From Psammoneis japonica (taxonomy: Eukaryota), in contig QPGO01000373.1 of the NCBI GenBank assembly GCA_008632985.1, positions 1 through 36,952 of the forward strand: 36,952 bases of DNA. Direction: 5' to 3'. A model generated the notes under the pieces. The model searched no databases, was not told the DNA's origin, and saw only the letters and a program-made list of their open reading frames with translations. Below are positions 34,184 to 36,952 of this stretch, in pieces. Positions within the stretch are counted from its first letter, which is position 1; every line of letters starts with the position of its first letter. The position numbers and the translations under genes are program-made.

Positions 34184-35620
34184 TTACTGTAGGTACTCTT
34201 CGACCGTTGGTGGCGAAAGACCGAAGGTGCCAATGCTGCTAATCTGGTTGTGATTGAAACAAGTGTAGCAATTGGCCAGCAAAAATGAAACCCTCAATTG
34301 CTCACATGCATGTGGATGCTCACAACACAGCTTCCAATCACTGAATGTACGACATACCCTGAACAAATTTGCCACCATGCCATGACTCCACTCAACTGTA
34401 ATGCGAACGCATTTCATCCGAAAGTTCTGTAGAATTTGGATTGGTGTAAGCGGGGCACCTTGGGCAGGTCGATGCGCCTGTCTGACACATTGCATGGCCA
34501 TGAAACCTTTGTCAGCATAAACTGCATGGACTTTCCCATTTGGAAACCGGCCTTGTTGGAGCTGCAACAAGCAATTGTCAATGCCGCTGAGTTCTTGAAG
34601 CCTGGCGTCGGCTCTGACAATTCAACAGACGACAGATGCAAATACATTGGTTAGACATTGCTTGTAACTCATCACTACAAATGGGAGCAAATGCTTGCCT
34701 TCGAGCTGACACTGGTCCCCAAACAAAAGAGATTCCATTGGGCAAGACAATGCTGAGGACCTTTGTGCCATGCAATTTTTTACACCGCGTGCACACTGAC
34801 CGCTGCAAGTCGCAGGCGTTTGGCTTTCTAGGTGCATCGATCCAATCTCCAATGGGACCTGTTCCTGGGGTCTCTGTCTCAAAGATGGAGCAGTCCATGA
34901 ATCCAAACATGTTGAACACACCATTCGGAAACCGCAAACCCGGCACCAAATGCTGCACATCATTCAATGGATTTGTCCAACGTGAAGGTGCAGCCAATTT
35001 TCGTTCAATTGCAGCCGCAAACCGTGGAAAGTCATCCACCCATCGCTCAAGACTGTTTCTATCCAAGAGATGCCCAAACCGACGCTCAGTGTGCCGAAGG
35101 AACCAAGGGTGTCCATGCGACCACCGCCTGGCGTCGCCACCAAAGAAACCTTCACACAATCTAACGTTGTCGAGTCCAGTCGCAATCTTTGTCAAGGAAA
35201 ACAAAAAGAGCTCTTCACCTCCAAACACATGTGCTTTGTTGCCGGTTGCTGGAACTCTTGCAGCTTGTGGTAGACCAAAAAGCGCACACAGGCGGTGCAC
35301 CTGCTCACGGTTGAACCGTGTGCAAATCCTGAGCCACGCATTGGAGCAGCAGTTGTCGATTGGCCGGTGTCTGACTCGCTCAAAGCTGGATCCATTTCAA
35401 GCTCTTCTTGGAATGGAATGTCAGCAAGGGCTGCATCTTGCCTCGCCCAATGATCTGCGAGATGACGACACGCAACCAAAGCTGTCAACGAGCATGCTGT
35501 GGCAAAATTGAAGGGTTGTTCATCGTCCAATGCTTCTTCTCCCAAATCCAAATCTGCCAGGTCATGCTCATGATTGATGACAAGAAGAAAAACAGCGAGG
35601 AACACTGTCCAATGAATGAC
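34184..35620 (-). pseudogene. Harbinger/HARBI1-like DDE transposase, degenerate, with a probable 85-bp intron (34614-34698)
   Basis: FGFMDCS, KKLHGTKVLSIVLPNGI..WGPVSARR|AD, YADKGF and NFRMKCVRITVEWSHG. The 5' end is approximate. Confidence 0.85.
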
Positions 35621-35987
35621 TCCTTTCAAGGATGTGGACCAAAGCAAATGGTGAGTGCGCAGCAAAGATTGACCACCGGTGGGAAGCGCATGGTTTCTGT
35701 GCCGGTGAGGAGTGCGCCTCGTTGCAGCACGGCGGCGATGTCCATTGTGGCGGCGAGGAGCCCTTGGCATTTCCACTGCAGTTGTTTTGTTCTTTCTTCA
35801 TTTTGTGCTTGATGGTTTTGATTCGAAACTGAAGACGCGAAGCCGCTTCGAACAACCCATGCGACATGGTCGCCGCTCTTGTCGCACGACTTCGGAGCTT
35901 GCGGCTTCACTTGAAGAGCTGATGGCGTGCACCCGCGCGTGCCGATCACGCACGATCACAAGTCGTGCGACTCGGCAAGGACACTCT

Positions 35988-36952
35988 AGTGGCCTCACCG
36001 AGTCGTGCGACTTGTTCTCATGTGACTTCGGAGAAACTCTCGATTTGTTTAGCTGGCGGGCAGCCTCACGAAGCCGTGCGAAGTCCACTGAAGTCGCGTG
36101 ATTTTGCCGATCACACGACTTGCGAGCTGATTTTCAGCTCTTGAAGTCGTGCAGTGTCGGAACATCTGTGGTGTGTCTTCCATGCAATCTTCGCGTAAGG
36201 TGCTCGCACGACTTGTTCGAGAACCCTCGCCTCCAACTTGCCTCCAAAGAACAAAAGCACACAAAAACACACACCGGCATCGATGGGCCATGAGATGACA
36301 CCGGCACCATGGCAGAGAAAAAAACAACCTGCGACTTCGAAAGTGCTCTTGATGCTCTGATGCGTCCAGATAAACTTGGTGTTGGAGATGAAAACTCTCC
36401 ACCAACTGGGCATGCCGCTGGAAAAGGGGATTGCACCGATGGGGACGTGACGATTGTTGGGGTGAAGCCCTCCGCGTGCAACAACATTGCCGACAGAGAA
36501 CCTTTGTTGGAGGTTCCAAACATCCCAAAGGAGGCTGACATTGAGGAAATGGAAGGAAAGAGGTGCCTGCCAAACCTGACAAAAGAGGTCAATCAAGAGC
36601 TCTGTTGGGATCTCTTGACATTGATCAGCATGCGAAATGCCCACTTGCCAATGCCAACGGGTGAGAGCGATCCAAAATGGGAGGAGGTTTTCTACTTGTT
36701 CTATGATCCTGTTAAAGGACCAGCGAGAGGCCATTCTCCGCCACAGGCACCAACCAAAATTTGCAATTGGCGCAAAGCAAATCTCAAAAGAATTCGTGTT
36801 TTGGCCGCGAAGCATGATGCAAAGGCGGGGAAAGGAGCTGAGAAGGATGCGACGGGATGTGAGGTTCTGGCAAAGACTCTCAATGAAGCAAGGCTTTCAG
36901 CACAGGCAGCAAAGAAAGATGAGACTCAAGAGGAACGCAACAAAGCAGCAGC
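35988..36952 (+). mobile_element. Harbinger-like transposon copy 2 (partial; accessory ORF ATG at 36309; runs off the window)
   Basis: Collinear with 31260-32224 at an offset of 4728, with about 24 substitutions and no indels seen. Confidence 0.93.

Larger units (their letters stand above)
31260..35987. mobile_element. PIF/Harbinger-superfamily DNA transposon, copy 1 (4728 bp, two convergent ORFs)
   Basis: Left TIR AGAGGCCTTACCGAGTCGTACGACTTGT, right TIR ACAAGTCGTGCGACTCGGCAAGGACACTCT. Flanked by AGT on both sides. Subterminal CGACTT/AAGTCG motifs. Confidence 0.88.

Noticed and set aside
1..36952. Alternative genetic code or RNA editing as the cause of Tyr->Cys/His
   Set aside because: The intact genes and the Gypsy core use Tyr normally, and non-coding repeats show the same change on both strands.
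1..36952. Classical RIP or CpG decay as the sole explanation
   Set aside because: RIP creates TA, and CpG decay cannot remove TA. CpG decay is present but additional.

Overview
Eukaryotic genomic DNA, most likely a diatom (inferred from the diatom-style HMG-box gene and the Copia and tyrosine-recombinase retroelement motifs). Two intact, convergent host genes (an HMG-box protein and a DONSON homolog, about 5.6-9.35 kb) form an island in repeat-rich DNA. The repeats are a 187-bp higher-order satellite, a Copia remnant, a DIRS/Ngaro-type retrotransposon carrying nested TIR elements with 4-bp TSDs, a full-length Gypsy element inserted in a methyltransferase pseudogene, a DGAT2 pseudogene, and a head-to-tail dimer of a PIF/Harbinger-like transposon with an internal 183-bp array. 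The main discovery candidate is a process rather than a gene: repeated DNA has had TpA systematically converted to CpA or TpG, the reverse of fungal RIP. The conversion occurs in sharply bounded tracts, largely spares YTAR contexts, is partly uncoupled from CpG decay and leaves the two intact genes untouched. All counts were made by eye and need computational confirmation.
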